This document shows, piece after piece, positions 38,197 to 49,402 of a DNA stretch of 64,000 nucleotides. Source of the stretch: Sphingobacteriales bacterium (lineage in GTDB: Bacteria; Bacteroidota; Bacteroidia; Sphingobacteriales; Sphingobacteriaceae); NCBI GenBank assembly GCA_025353765.1, contig JANXOD010000041.1, positions 23,502 through 87,501 on the forward strand. The letters run 5' to 3'. Every line of letters starts with the position of its first letter. The first letter of the stretch is position 1. A program made the position numbers and the translations under genes. Under the pieces are notes generated by a model. It ran no database searches and was not told the origin of the DNA. It saw only the letters and a list, made by a program, of their open reading frames with translations.

Positions 38197-41100
38197 CTAT
38201 CGTATTAAGTGAATAAATCCAGTCCTTTTTAAACCAGCTCCATCGTATTTCATCCCTTCCCATTCTAAACCATTTATATATTTAGCAGTAGCTTCCCATA
38301 TATACACCCCCTGGCTTACTGGTTCTCCATGATAGGTACCATCCCAGAATTCGTAAGGCTCTCCATCTTCATTGAGAATGGTTGATTCAAAAAATACCTG
38401 TCCAAATTTGTTAAAAATGCGAATGTGATATGAAAGAAGCCCTTTCCCTTTTAGCTTAAATATCTTCAATTCGGGTGTTTGAGACTCGGGCATGAAAGCA
38501 TTTGGAATATATAAGTTTCCGGGGGTGCCGCTGATATGTATAAACCGGTATGTACTATCAGAGCAACCTTGTGAGTTATAAATGGTAAGAGTTACTTTAA
38601 AAGTGCCGGTGTCTGCATAAGTATAGTCCGGGTTTTGTTTTTTTGATGTTCCTCCATCACCGAAATTCCACTTGCAAAGTACCTGATCATTTGTTGAACG
38701 ATCTGCAAAATTGAATTTAAAATTCGGAGCCCTAATTTCAGGTGAAGGTCCTACGTCAAATTTAGCTACAGGAGGGATAGCCAACTGTATATAATCTTCC
38801 ATAATTAAAGTATCAGTACATCCTGCTTTATTAGTAGCTATTAATTTTACTGTATAGCTAGGTTTGTTTTTACCATAAGTATGAATAGGATTTGTATCGG
38901 TTGATGTTAGGCCATCACCAAAGTCCCAAAAATATTGTATGGCTGATGTTGAGTGACTCTGGAATTGAATTGGCAATGGCGCACATCCTTTTGTAACAGT
39001 GGACCCAAATAATGCTTTTGGTTGCTCAAATACAGTAATTGTTTCTGTAGCGAGGGTGTCAGAACAACCGTTTGAAGCCTTTAATTTTACTAAAAATGTA
39101 CCTGATTTATTGAAGGTATGAACTACCGTTTCTGGTGACGAATTTGTTCTTGTAGAGTTCCCATCACCAAAATCATATTCAAATAAACTTGCTCCCGTAG
39201 AGTTATTAAAAAAGCGAACTGTAAAGGGTGCACAACCAGACTTTTCATCTCCGTTAACTACTAACTTAGGATCTACTGTACTTGGAGCAACCTTAATTTT
39301 AAACTCTTGGTAATCAGTTGCACAATTATTAGTAGCTGTTAGTTTAACAGTATAAGTTTTTAAAAGAGAAGTATTAAATATGTGTGATATTTTTTGTTTA
39401 TTAGTTGTGGTATAAGTTTGTCCATCACCAAAGTCTATTGTGTAAGTTGTATTCTCACCGATGGAAGTATTTGAGAAATTTACGGTTAATGGTGAGCATC
39501 CATTAGTTCTATCAGGAGAGATTATTGCTTTTATTTTATATTTAACCAATACATCACTAGTGTAGGTAGTGATTCCACAAATATTGATGTATTTTAATAT
39601 TACATGATATGTAGTATCCTTGCCGCTAGGGTTTGCTGCAAACGTAACCGGAACAGGTTGTATTGAATTAGAGGTTTGTCCATTTCCAAAATCCCAGTTA
39701 AAACTACCATCTGTTAACGAAGAAGAATTATTTGTAAATTTTAATGTTAAAGGCCCACATCCTTGTGTAATATCCTGACTAAAGCTGGCTATTGTTCCTG
39801 CTGCGGATTGGAATGTATGTTTAAACTCACTTGAACCACAACCCGATTGGCTACTTACGACTAGTTTGATGACTACACTTTGCGCTTTATCTGAAATAGT
39901 GTATCCCGGAAAGTTAACGCCTGTACCAATTTGAATATCGTTTGCAAACCAGCTATATTGTGCGTTTAGATTAGGGTCTACTTGTGCCTGAATATTTTGT
40001 GAATTTAAAACAAAAGGGGCACAGCCTTTATCATTTGTAAATTTATAGCTGACTTTTACTTCAGGATTTACTGTGATTAATATTTCATTACTTGTATTTT
40101 GCTGAGGACCAGAACAAATAGTTGAACTTACTATACGTCTAAAACGAGTACTAGTAAATAATGCATCGGGTTGGTAATTAATATCTTTTGAACCAAGGAT
40201 TGCAGCCCAATTTCCATCTCCATTGTTTCTTTCCCATTGATATTTGAAGTTCTCATCTCCACCATTCGGTGTACTACCTGTTAAAATTGTTGGTAACATG
40301 CCATAACATATAGTTTGATCTTTAAGGATAGTGTTAGATGTGATTGGCTTTTGAACAATAACTTCTAATATATTACTGTTCGAATTGCAAGTACCGGCAT
40401 AAACTGTTCTCCTAATAAAAATATTAGATGTAACCTGAATGGTTAAATCTTTTGTAATCTTACCATTTATATCTACCCAATTTGTACCGTCAGTACTACT
40501 TTGCCATACAAAATTTGTACCGTCAGTACTACTTTGCCCTAAAGAAGAAAGGTTGTTAGCACTGGTTGGACTCGTTCCCGTGATGATAGCGGATTGCCCT
40601 GAACATAGGCCTGTTGTACTTAAACTGATAACATTATTAGAAATAGGTGCATTGTTAATTAATATCATCTCATCATAAGAGGATGCACATGAATTATTTT
40701 GTGTAATAGTCCACCTGAAAATATAAGACTGGCCTGCCTGTAATCCTTTAACCAAGGTTTTACTTTGATTTGGAGATGTGATGTTTATTCCTGTTTGACC
40801 AGATATTAAAGACCATGTACCGGAAAATGTACCTGCATCATTAGCTTGAAGAGCATATTCAGATTCATTACATATATTGTCATCTGCACCTGCCTGAGCT
40901 TTTAGATTTCCAGGTAAAATGCTTCCCTGCACTGTTAGACTAATTGAAGAAGGCTCACCTTCACAACCAGAAGCACTTACCGGAGTAATGATATACGTAA
41001 CAGATGCATTGCCACTACCAGTGTTTTTTAAAATATCGGGAATAGCATTTACTGTTGAAGCTATAGTTTGTTGTGTATTACCGGTAATGCCAGCGTCAGC

Positions 41101-43692
41101 AATACTGGTCCATTTAAATTTTATGTTAGCTGCAGGAATACTGGTTGTATTGATAAAAGGCCATGAGATTCCGGCAGGTTGATCGCTGCAAATAACCTGA
41201 TTTGCCACCTGTGCACTAATAGCAGGTCTTGGACTTACAGTCACTTTTAACGTAAAAGGAGTACCAGGACATAAATTATTAATCGGAGTAATGATATAAG
41301 TTAGAAATGCCGGATTTGCAGGGTTAGTATTAACCAGAATATCATGAATATCACCACTTCCGCTCGCTGTATTGCCTTCAATAGATCCAGAACCTATACT
41401 GGTCCATATAAAAGTACTTCCGTTAATTGTTGCTATAGGCTGATAATTAAGCTGTGTCTGGGAACAAATGCTTATAGAGGATAAACTAGTAATTGAATTC
41501 TTTTTAGCAATGTTTAATATTAAATCATCAGTCACAATATCACATGGTAATGGATTAGATGTATTTGCCTGAATAGTTAATTTAAGAGAAGTGCCAATCT
41601 CTGATGGAGAAGGTGTGTAAGTAGGGTTTAAAACATCTCTTCCAGGAGAGAAAGTGCCTGTACCTCCAATCCATGAAATCTTAGTCGGAGCAGGGCCTTT
41701 TATTGTAGCAGTTAACTGTATTGGCGAATTATCACATAATGTTTGATCGTCACCTGCGTTTACCTTGATGTATTGATTGAGCTTAATAGTTTGGGTAATT
41801 GTTTTAGACGAACACTCGTTTCCGTATGTGAGTTTTACAATGTAAGTACTAAAGTCATCAAAGCTTATTATTGGATTTGCAGAGTTTGCATTTCCAGAAA
41901 CAAATGAATAAGTGCCACCACTAATATCCCATATATATGCAATGCTTTTTGAATTTACTGCATTAAAGGTAGGTTTATGATTGATGTCAGTTCCAAAATC
42001 AATAATTTTTGGCCCAAACTGGCAGTAGTTAATTTCTCCAGCAACAGGAAAGGAAACAGTAGGGTTACCTGCTATTGAAATAGGGTGATCTTTTGTTATT
42101 GTGCCACAGGAATTAGAAACTATTAGCCGTATCATATAGTTGCCGGGAGTACTGATTGATATTTTTGGATTTTTATCTGTAGCAGAAGGTGTAAATAAAA
42201 CTCCACTTATTACGGTGGTATTTGCTGCATTTCGAACCTGCCAAGCATAAGTGTAATCTCTACATATTGCTCCTGGAGTTGTTGTATTAACGATATTAAC
42301 TGCGTTGGGTAAACATATATTATTACTATTTAATGTAAAATCGGCGACAGCTGATGGTTCTATACATATGGTTTTTGTAGATGTATTTGGGTCACATGTA
42401 CCATTACTTACTTCAAGTGCTATTTTATATGTTCCTGGTGTTAAAAATGTATAGGTTAAGTTTGCATTTCCATTTGTATTTACAGGAATTTCATTAACAT
42501 ACCAGGTAGATTGTAAAGGATCAGCACATTCATCTCCAACAGCACTACTTGCGGATGTATTTGTAAATAATACCGGCTTGTTTACACATGCATAGGCTGC
42601 AAAACTAAATTTAGCAGTTGGCTTGTATAGAATTTTTGCATAAGCCGTTACATTTGGTTCATCGCAACTTGAAGTACTATTTACATATGGGCTTTTTAAT
42701 CTAATATTGATAGGAAATTGATTCACGTTACTTCCAGAGCCAATTCCACATGATGTTTGGTTATATAAATGCGTTAAATAACCATCTTTTTGAATAATTT
42801 CTGCTAATGTGTACTCTTGAGTTTGTCCATCTCCCCATGATAAAGTGTAGGTTATACCAGGAAAGTTTGTTAAAATGGATTGCGGATCGCTAGGGTTGGT
42901 ATTAATTTTAACCGAAAGATTATCAGGTAAGCATGATCGTAAAGCACCACTGGTACCTATACTTATATTATTTGTAGAATTAACAAGCTGGTATGATCTT
43001 GTACTGATAATACCATTAATATCTATAGACTTTGCAGATAAAGTATAGTAAGCTATATTTAAATTGATTTGGGCCACTCCTTCAATAAAATCAATTGCTC
43101 TAACAGTATGATTAACTTCATTAGTTAAATTGGCAGATAAGGAAGATCCAGTTGCAGAATTATTAAAAATATTTAATTTCCGATTATCCCCAAGTCCCCT
43201 AGTAATGTCTACTCCTGTACAAAAACCATAAATTAAATCATTTTTTAGCACATTATTTGGAGCACTTAATATGACAGAAGTACCGTTAATTGCTTTAATC
43301 TCAAAAGTGTTAGACGGATTGCTGGATAATGTAGGATTAGTAGAAACCACTTTTAGCCGATAATTAGCTCCGGCTAAAGTCCCTGCAGGTATTATGCCAT
43401 TTAAAAAAGACGTATAAAAACCATTTAATTGCCCGATCAGTATTCCAGGAGAAAAATTTCCATTAATATCAGAAAGGTAAAGTTCAAAACGTTGTGTTTT
43501 ATTATAAACAGTAGAACTTCCTATTTGTACAGGAATTGAAATGGTTGAACCAATACCGTATGGGCCTGCTTCTACAGAGCCCACAGTAATACTTTGCCCG
43601 TTTGCTCTCATGGAAATTAAAGCAATTGAAATTAATATAAGGAGGCCGAAACAGCGTTTCATAAAAAAGTTATGAGTTATATTTGTTTTCAT
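38197..43692 (-). CDS. giant PKD/Ig-repeat surface protein with type B T9SS C-terminal domain
   Basis: At least five PKD signatures (WDFGNGQ, IDFGDGQ, YDFGDGN, WDFGDGL, WNFGDGG). The C-terminus is a gliding-motility-type CTD (YIPNAF...WDGTY.G..V..GVYIW...G.IHLIR). Confidence 0.85.
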   Translation of the reverse strand: MKTNITHNFFMKRCFGLLILISIALISMRANGQSITVGSVEAGPYGIGSTISIPVQIGSSTVYNKTQRFELYLSDINGNFSPGILIGQLNGFYTSFLNGIIPAGTLAGANYRLKVVSTNPTLSSNPSNTFEIKAINGTSVILSAPNNVLKNDLIYGFCTGVDITRGLGDNRKLNIFNNSATGSSLSANLTNEVNHTVRAIDFIEGVAQINLNIAYYTLSAKSIDINGIISTRSYQLVNSTNNISIGTSGALRSCLPDNLSVKINTNPSDPQSILTNFPGITYTLSWGDGQTQEYTLAEIIQKDGYLTHLYNQTSCGIGSGSNVNQFPINIRLKSPYVNSTSSCDEPNVTAYAKILYKPTAKFSFAAYACVNKPVLFTNTSASSAVGDECADPLQSTWYVNEIPVNTNGNANLTYTFLTPGTYKIALEVSNGTCDPNTSTKTICIEPSAVADFTLNSNNICLPNAVNIVNTTTPGAICRDYTYAWQVRNAANTTVISGVLFTPSATDKNPKISISTPGNYMIRLIVSNSCGTITKDHPISIAGNPTVSFPVAGEINYCQFGPKIIDFGTDINHKPTFNAVNSKSIAYIWDISGGTYSFVSGNANSANPIISFDDFSTYIVKLTYGNECSSKTITQTIKLNQYIKVNAGDDQTLCDNSPIQLTATIKGPAPTKISWIGGTGTFSPGRDVLNPTYTPSPSEIGTSLKLTIQANTSNPLPCDIVTDDLILNIAKKNSITSLSSISICSQTQLNYQPIATINGSTFIWTSIGSGSIEGNTASGSGDIHDILVNTNPANPAFLTYIITPINNLCPGTPFTLKVTVSPRPAISAQVANQVICSDQPAGISWPFINTTSIPAANIKFKWTSIADAGITGNTQQTIASTVNAIPDILKNTGSGNASVTYIITPVSASGCEGEPSSISLTVQGSILPGNLKAQAGADDNICNESEYALQANDAGTFSGTWSLISGQTGINITSPNQSKTLVKGLQAGQSYIFRWTITQNNSCASSYDEMILINNAPISNNVISLSTTGLCSGQSAIITGTSPTSANNLSSLGQSSTDGTNFVWQSSTDGTNWVDINGKITKDLTIQVTSNIFIRRTVYAGTCNSNSNILEVIVQKPITSNTILKDQTICYGMLPTILTGSTPNGGDENFKYQWERNNGDGNWAAILGSKDINYQPDALFTSTRFRRIVSSTICSGPQQNTSNEILITVNPEVKVSYKFTNDKGCAPFVLNSQNIQAQVDPNLNAQYSWFANDIQIGTGVNFPGYTISDKAQSVVIKLVVSSQSGCGSSEFKHTFQSAAGTIASFSQDITQGCGPLTLKFTNNSSSLTDGSFNWDFGNGQTSNSIQPVPVTFAANPSGKDTTYHVILKYINICGITTYTSDVLVKYKIKAIISPDRTNGCSPLTVNFSNTSIGENTTYTIDFGDGQTYTTTNKQKISHIFNTSLLKTYTVKLTATNNCATDYQEFKIKVAPSTVDPKLVVNGDEKSGCAPFTVRFFNNSTGASLFEYDFGDGNSTRTNSSPETVVHTFNKSGTFLVKLKASNGCSDTLATETITVFEQPKALFGSTVTKGCAPLPIQFQSHSTSAIQYFWDFGDGLTSTDTNPIHTYGKNKPSYTVKLIATNKAGCTDTLIMEDYIQLAIPPVAKFDVGPSPEIRAPNFKFNFADRSTNDQVLCKWNFGDGGTSKKQNPDYTYADTGTFKVTLTIYNSQGCSDSTYRFIHISGTPGNLYIPNAFMPESQTPELKIFKLKGKGLLSYHIRIFNKFGQVFFESTILNEDGEPYEFWDGTYHGEPVSQGVYIWEATAKYINGLEWEGMKYDGAGLKRTGFIHLIR

Positions 43693-43769
43693 ATAAATTT
43701 TTTGTTGATTCTGAGGGTAGATGATTATGCTCAGAGTCAGTGGTTTAATTAAAAATTATACATGCTTAC

Positions 43770-44591
43770 GTGCGTTATGAGAAAAAAGTTATCCTCTTGC
43801 AACAAATGAGTTACACTGATCAATTAGGGCGGGTTATTTCAATTTCTTCTACTAAACGAATTATATCTCTTGTTCCTTCTCAAACTGAATTGCTATTTGA
43901 TTTGGGCTTAGATGAAGAAGTGGTTGGCATTACAAAGTTTTGTATTCATCCCACAGAAAAATTTAAAACTAAGGCGAAGATTGGGGGAACAAAGAAGTTA
44001 AATCTGGATGAGATCCATCGGTTAAAGCCAGATTTGATCATTGGAAATAAAGAAGAGAATGATCAGTATCAGATTGAACAGTTAATACAGGAATTCCCGG
44101 TATGGATAAGTGATATTAATAATTTGGATGATGCGATTGAAATGATTGTAGAATTAGGCAAAATAGTAGGCAAGGAACATAAGGCAAATAGTATAGCAAA
44201 GGAAATACGTTTCAATTTTAATACTATAAAAATTGCTCCCCATACTTTGCGTATTGCTTATTTTATTTGGAAAGATCCGTATATGGTTGCAGGAGATAAC
44301 ACTTTTATTAATGATATGATATACAGAGCAGGCTGGAAAAATGCATTCGCATTAGACCGTTACCCTGAATTGAGAATAGATGATATTCGAAATGCCTCGC
44401 CAGATGTGATTTTGCTGTCTTCAGAACCCTATCCTTTTAAAGAAAAACATATTGAAGAATTTAAAACTATCTGTCCGCAGGCTCAAGTACTTATTGTGGA
44501 TGGAGAGCTATTTAGCTGGTACGGAAGTCGCCTGCTTAAGACGGTAGCATATTTACAATCATTAATAGATCAATTAATTGCAGGAAGATAA
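43770..44591 (+). CDS. BtuF-like periplasmic-binding-protein family (cobalamin/siderophore binding)
   Basis: RIISLVPSQTELLFDLGLDEEVVGITKFC is typical of class III substrate-binding proteins. The ORF opens at GTG; ATG 43806 is more likely the start. No signal peptide is seen. Confidence 0.65.
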   Translation: MRYEKKVILLQQMSYTDQLGRVISISSTKRIISLVPSQTELLFDLGLDEEVVGITKFCIHPTEKFKTKAKIGGTKKLNLDEIHRLKPDLIIGNKEENDQYQIEQLIQEFPVWISDINNLDDAIEMIVELGKIVGKEHKANSIAKEIRFNFNTIKIAPHTLRIAYFIWKDPYMVAGDNTFINDMIYRAGWKNAFALDRYPELRIDDIRNASPDVILLSSEPYPFKEKHIEEFKTICPQAQVLIVDGELFSWYGSRLLKTVAYLQSLIDQLIAGR

Positions 44592-44665
44592 TTTAAAAGC
44601 ATTTAATGTTTGTATTAATGCTGAAAAAGTTTAATTTTGCCCACCTAAAATAAATCCTAAATATT

Positions 44666-44747
44666 GCGGATGTGGCGTAATTGGTAGCCGCACCAGACTT
44701 AGGATCTGGCGCTTCACGGCGTGTGGGTTCGAGTCCCTCCATCCGCA
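44666..44747 (+). tRNA. tRNA-Leu (anticodon TAG)
   Basis: Acceptor GCGGATG/CATCCGC, anticodon arm CCAGA-CTTAGGA-TCTGG, long variable arm, and T loop GGTTCGAGTCC. Confidence 0.85.
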
Positions 44748-44752
44748 CTGAT

Positions 44753-44785
44753 AATTCCCCGGCTACGTAAACCGGGGAATTTTTG
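44753..44785 (+). terminator. rho-independent terminator
   Basis: Stem attccccgg pairs with ccggggaat, followed by T5. Confidence 0.7.
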
Positions 44786-44814
44786 TATAAACGCAAACGA
44801 ATAAAACTCAAAAA

Positions 44815-46161
44815 ATGAATATTACACAGGACAAAGTTGATAACCTGAATTCAGTAGTAACGGTTAAAATTAAACCTGAAGACTACAAGGAACGTGTTGA
44901 AAAAGCAATAAAAGACCAGGCTAAAAAAGCAAAACTTCCAGGCTTTCGTCCTGGGATGGTTCCACCAGCACATATAAAAAAGATGTATGGTAAGAGTATT
45001 TTAGTGGATGAGATCAATAATATGTTGAACGATACCCTAAATAATTACTTGAATGAAAATAAAATAGAGGTTCTTGGTCAGCCTTTGCCAAAATTTGATG
45101 ACAGCAAAGATTTTAATTGGGATTTTACGGATGAGTTTGAATTCATGTATGAGCTAGGCTTGGCTCCTGAATTTGATCTTGATTTTTCATCAAAAGATAA
45201 ATTAACTTATTATAAAGTGAAAGTTGATGAAGAAACTTTAGCATCCCGGATTAAAAATCTACGTAAAAGTTATGGTAAAATGTCAAACCCAGATGTATCG
45301 GCAGATGATGATGTTATATATTCAGAATTAAAACAGCTTTCTACAGATGGTTCTGTTTTTGAAGAAGGAATCAGCAATATAGCATCAGTACGCTTAGATC
45401 TGATAAAAGATGAAAAAATCAAAAAATCTTTAATCGGTCTTAAAAAAGGCGATGTAGTGGAGTTTGATATCCAGAAAGCTTTTGAAGGTAATGTAGCTCA
45501 AATAGCAAAGGTGTTAAATATCAGTGAAGAAGATGCACAGGACCTTAAGTCAAAATTCCAACTAACAGTCACTAATATTAACCGCTTGGAAGAAGGAGAT
45601 CTAAATCAGGAGTTCTTTGATAAATTATTTGGCGCAGATGTGGTTAAATCCGAAGAGGAATTCAGGGCTAAGATCACAGAAGAATTGGAATCAATGATGG
45701 CCCAAAATGCTGATCAAAGACTGCAAAATGATTTGTATCAGTTTGGTTTAAATAAGATTAGTATGCAATTGCCTGATGCATTTTTAAAACGTTGGTTAAA
45801 AGCTACGAATGAAAAAATTACAGATGAAGAATTAAATAAAGATTATGATGATTTTGCCCGCAATTTAAGATGGACACTTATTGAAAATAAAATCATTAAA
45901 GACAACAGTATTGAAATTAAATATGAACAGGTGTTCGCAGCAGCTAAAAAACGTTTGCAGGCTCAATTCCAAATGTATAGCCCACAACCAGTTTCTGAAG
46001 AGCAATTAGGGCAATACACCGTTCAGTTCTTGCAAGACAAAGAAAATGCGAACCGTATTTTTGAAGAAGTAAAAGCACAACACGTTTTTGATTATTTAAA
46101 AACCGTAGTTACTTTAGAGAATACAGAAATAACCTACAATAAATTTTTGGAATTAGCGTAG
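44815..46161 (+). CDS. tig: trigger factor
   Basis: Ribosome-binding signature GFRPGMVP. Length and the tig-clpP-clpX gene order also fit. Confidence 0.92.
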   Translation: MNITQDKVDNLNSVVTVKIKPEDYKERVEKAIKDQAKKAKLPGFRPGMVPPAHIKKMYGKSILVDEINNMLNDTLNNYLNENKIEVLGQPLPKFDDSKDFNWDFTDEFEFMYELGLAPEFDLDFSSKDKLTYYKVKVDEETLASRIKNLRKSYGKMSNPDVSADDDVIYSELKQLSTDGSVFEEGISNIASVRLDLIKDEKIKKSLIGLKKGDVVEFDIQKAFEGNVAQIAKVLNISEEDAQDLKSKFQLTVTNINRLEEGDLNQEFFDKLFGADVVKSEEEFRAKITEELESMMAQNADQRLQNDLYQFGLNKISMQLPDAFLKRWLKATNEKITDEELNKDYDDFARNLRWTLIENKIIKDNSIEIKYEQVFAAAKKRLQAQFQMYSPQPVSEEQLGQYTVQFLQDKENANRIFEEVKAQHVFDYLKTVVTLENTEITYNKFLELA

Positions 46162-46274
46162 TTGCCATTAATAAAAGAGGATATATTCCTGACAATTTAT
46201 TATAGATTCTTATGGAAGAATTAGATAAATTAGCAAGAAAATAACAAAATTTTTTAAATCAAAAACAAATCGCG

Positions 46275-47006
46275 ATGCGCAATGCGCTTAGCCCTACACG
46301 AAATACTATGAATATTGATAGAAATGAATTCCGTAAATATGCTGTAAAACATCACCGTATTGGTGGCCATCATGTGGATAGTTTTATTGGAAGGGTAAAT
46401 ACTTCTGTTCCGACTTCAATGACTCCATATATTATCGAAGAACGTCAGTTAAACGTGGCACAAATGGATGTGTTTTCGCGTTTGATGATGGATCGGATCA
46501 TCTTTTTAGGTGATGCTGTTCATGAAGGAATCGCAAATATCATCCAGGCACAGTTACTTTTTTTACAGTCCACAGATGCAAAACGCGATATTCAGATCTA
46601 TATCAATTCTCCCGGAGGATCAGTTTATGCAGGTTTAGGTATATATGATACCATGCAATACATTACTCCGGATGTAGCAACTATTTGTACAGGAATGGCC
46701 GCATCAATGGCTGCAGTATTGCTTTGTGCAGGTACAGAAGGTAAAAGAGCAGCATTGCCTCATTCAAGAGTAATGATTCACCAGCCTTCTGGTGGAGCAC
46801 AGGGTGTAGCATCAGATATGGAAATTAATCTTCGTGAGATGTTAAAAATTAAAAAAGAGCTTTATGATATCATAGCTAAACATTCAGGCCAAACATATGA
46901 ATGGGTAGAGAAAGCCTCCGATCGCGATTATTGGATGATAGCAGCCGAAGCAAAAGAATTTGGTATGATTGATGAAGTACTGGTAGGTACTGGAGAAAAA
47001 AAATAA
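46275..47006 (+). CDS. clpP: ATP-dependent Clp protease proteolytic subunit
   Basis: Catalytic Ser in GMAASMAA, His in MIHQPSGG, and Asp in DRDYWM. The likely start is ATG 46308. Confidence 0.97.
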   Translation: MRNALSPTRNTMNIDRNEFRKYAVKHHRIGGHHVDSFIGRVNTSVPTSMTPYIIEERQLNVAQMDVFSRLMMDRIIFLGDAVHEGIANIIQAQLLFLQSTDAKRDIQIYINSPGGSVYAGLGIYDTMQYITPDVATICTGMAASMAAVLLCAGTEGKRAALPHSRVMIHQPSGGAQGVASDMEINLREMLKIKKELYDIIAKHSGQTYEWVEKASDRDYWMIAAEAKEFGMIDEVLVGTGEKK

Positions 47007-48244
47007 TGGCTAAAGGGAATAAGGATATAAAATGTTCTTTCTGCGGATCTGGCAAGCAGGATACACTCATGCTGATTGCAGGCTTGGATGCGCATATTTG
47101 TGATAAGTGTGTAGCTCAGGCTAATCAAATATTGGCCGAAGAGCTTACGGTGCGTAAAGCGAAATCGCCTCAGTCTTCAGTTACATTATTGAAGCCTATG
47201 GAGATCAAAAATCATTTAGATCAATATGTAATTGGGCAGGATCAGGCAAAAAAAGTATTAGCTGTAGCCGTTTACAATCATTACAAACGTCTTAATCAAA
47301 AAATAGAGAAAGATGAAGTAGAGATTGAAAAATCCAATATCATTATGGTTGGCGAAACGGGCACAGGTAAAACCCTTTTAGCTAAAACCATTGCTAAAGT
47401 TTTAAATGTACCATTTTGTATTTGCGATGCTACCGTATTAACCGAAGCAGGTTATGTAGGTGAAGATGTTGAAAGCATTTTAACCCGATTACTACAAGCT
47501 GCAGATTATGACGTGGCAGCTGCCGAACGAGGTATTGTTTATATTGATGAAGTAGATAAAATTGCACGTAAAAGTGATAATCCATCTATTACCCGAGATG
47601 TTTCCGGAGAAGGTGTTCAACAGGCATTACTGAAAATATTAGAAGGAACAATGGTGAATGTTCCACCACAAGGTGGACGTAAACATCCCGATCAAAAAAT
47701 GATCGCGGTAAATACCAATAATATTCTGTTTATTGCGGGTGGTGCATTTGATGGTATTGAAAAGAAAATTGCCAATCGCTTGCGTACTCAAACAGTAGGT
47801 TATAAAGTAGACAAAGATGAATTTAACATAGACCTTAAAAATCTATACAAATACATCACTCCTCAGGATTTAAAATCATTCGGATTAATTCCTGAACTGA
47901 TTGGCCGTTTACCAGTTATTACACATTTAAATCCACTGGATAGGGAGACGCTTTTAAGTATACTGGTAGAACCCAAAAATTCCTTAATTAAACAGTATAA
48001 GAAGCTGTTTGAATATGAAAACGTTAAATTAGATTTTGATGCTGAGGTAATGGAATTTATTGTAGATAAAGCAATGGAATTCAAACTCGGAGCCCGTGGA
48101 TTAAGATCTATTTGTGAAGCTATCATGATTGATGCCATGTACGAAACTCCTTCGGGGAAGCACAGCAAGGAACTTTTCATCACCCTCGATTACGCCACAG
48201 ATAAATTCGAAAAATCTGATCTCAAAAAATTAAAAGTAGCATAA
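47006..48244 (+). CDS. clpX: ATP-dependent Clp protease ATP-binding subunit ClpX
   Basis: C4 zinc finger (CSFCG...CDKC), Walker A GETGTGKT, Walker B VYIDEVDK. Confidence 0.97.
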   Translation: MAKGNKDIKCSFCGSGKQDTLMLIAGLDAHICDKCVAQANQILAEELTVRKAKSPQSSVTLLKPMEIKNHLDQYVIGQDQAKKVLAVAVYNHYKRLNQKIEKDEVEIEKSNIIMVGETGTGKTLLAKTIAKVLNVPFCICDATVLTEAGYVGEDVESILTRLLQAADYDVAAAERGIVYIDEVDKIARKSDNPSITRDVSGEGVQQALLKILEGTMVNVPPQGGRKHPDQKMIAVNTNNILFIAGGAFDGIEKKIANRLRTQTVGYKVDKDEFNIDLKNLYKYITPQDLKSFGLIPELIGRLPVITHLNPLDRETLLSILVEPKNSLIKQYKKLFEYENVKLDFDAEVMEFIVDKAMEFKLGARGLRSICEAIMIDAMYETPSGKHSKELFITLDYATDKFEKSDLKKLKVA

Positions 48245-48248
48245 AGAG

Positions 48249-48271
48249 AACCCGGAAATTCGGGTTTTTTT
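48249..48271 (+). terminator. rho-independent terminator
   Basis: Stem aacccg pairs with cgggtt, followed by T7. Confidence 0.65.
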
Positions 48272-48291
48272 GTATGTATAGATAAAATAAA

Positions 48292-49155
48292 ATGAACGAA
48301 GAAAAAGAAATAAAACAAGATCCTGAAGTAATAAAAAAGGCTAAAAAAGTTAAAGAAGTAGAAAGTCCGGTTAAAACAGGGCTTAAGAATAAAGAAGATA
48401 TCGTAAATAATTGGCTGCCCCGATATACAGGGCGCCCTTTAGATCAATTTACAGATTTTATATTACTGACAAATTTTTCAAAATACCTGCACCTTTTTTC
48501 AGAGTGGAATGATAATGCTCCCATTATGGGTTTGGATAAACCGATGCAAAGTGTTTCGGCAAACGGAATAACGCTTATCAATTTTGGTATGGGAAGTCCG
48601 ATGGCTGCTACCATGATGGATTTGTTAACGGCCATTAATCCCAAAGCAGTTTTGTTTTTAGGGAAATGCGGGGGATTAAAAAGAAAGAATGGCATCGGAG
48701 ATTTAATTCTTCCTATTGCCGCTATAAGAGGCGAAGGAACATCAAATGATTATTTCCCACCAGAAGTTCCAGCAATGCCTGCTTTTGCTTTACAGAAAGC
48801 TATTTCAACCACTATTCGTGATCATTCACGTGATTACTGGACTGGTACGGTTTATACTACCAATCGACGGGTATGGGAACATGATAAAGTTTTTAAAAAA
48901 TACCTCAAAAGTCTGCGGGCAATGGCTGTAGATATGGAAACAGCTACCATTTTTACCACAGGTTTTGCTAATAAAATTCCGACAGGTGCATTATTATTAG
49001 TTTCAGATCAGCCTATGATTCCGGAAGGTGTAAAAACTGCCGAAAGTGATTCAAAAGTAACGGAACATTATGTAGAAACTCACTTAAAAGTGGGTATAGA
49101 TTCCTTAAAGCAATTAATTAATAACGGTTTAACGGTTAAGCATTTGAAATTTTAA
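48292..49155 (+). CDS. nucleoside phosphorylase family, AMP nucleosidase-like
   Basis: PNP/UDP-1 fold blocks INFGMGSPMAAT, FLGKCGGL, AAIRGEGTS and DMETATIF. Confidence 0.65.
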   Translation: MNEEKEIKQDPEVIKKAKKVKEVESPVKTGLKNKEDIVNNWLPRYTGRPLDQFTDFILLTNFSKYLHLFSEWNDNAPIMGLDKPMQSVSANGITLINFGMGSPMAATMMDLLTAINPKAVLFLGKCGGLKRKNGIGDLILPIAAIRGEGTSNDYFPPEVPAMPAFALQKAISTTIRDHSRDYWTGTVYTTNRRVWEHDKVFKKYLKSLRAMAVDMETATIFTTGFANKIPTGALLLVSDQPMIPEGVKTAESDSKVTEHYVETHLKVGIDSLKQLINNGLTVKHLKF

Positions 49156-49181
49156 ATAAAAGGAATAGGTACAATAGTAAG

Positions 49182-49219
49182 AACCTTCGGGAGAGTTTTA
49201 AACTCTGTGAGGGTTTTTT
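49182..49219 (+). terminator. rho-independent terminator
   Basis: Long imperfect stem aaccttcgggagagttt / aaactctgtgagggtt, followed by T6. Confidence 0.6.
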
Positions 49220-49402
49220 GTTTATGTACTATTAGACGTTTCCCCGGTAGTTAATTCAAAACATCTATTGGTTTACGATGTTTATTTTATAATAAACCCA
49301 AATATAATTCTTCTTATAAAAGGCAAACCGAATAATGTTTAAGTTTAGTGGCCTTTTATGATTATATCTATTGCATAAGCCATAATTGTTTAAATTTGCG
49401 CC

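Noticed and set aside
44593-44811. 72-aa minus-strand ORF
   Set aside because: It lies entirely over tRNA-Leu(TAG) and its terminator, so it is an artefact of the structured RNA gene.
49223-49402. Possible SAM or other riboswitch upstream of the cystathionine beta-synthase-type gene
   Set aside because: I could not find the conserved SAM-I core or any convincing multi-stem junction by eye. The region is simply AT-rich. A covariance-model scan would be needed to say more.
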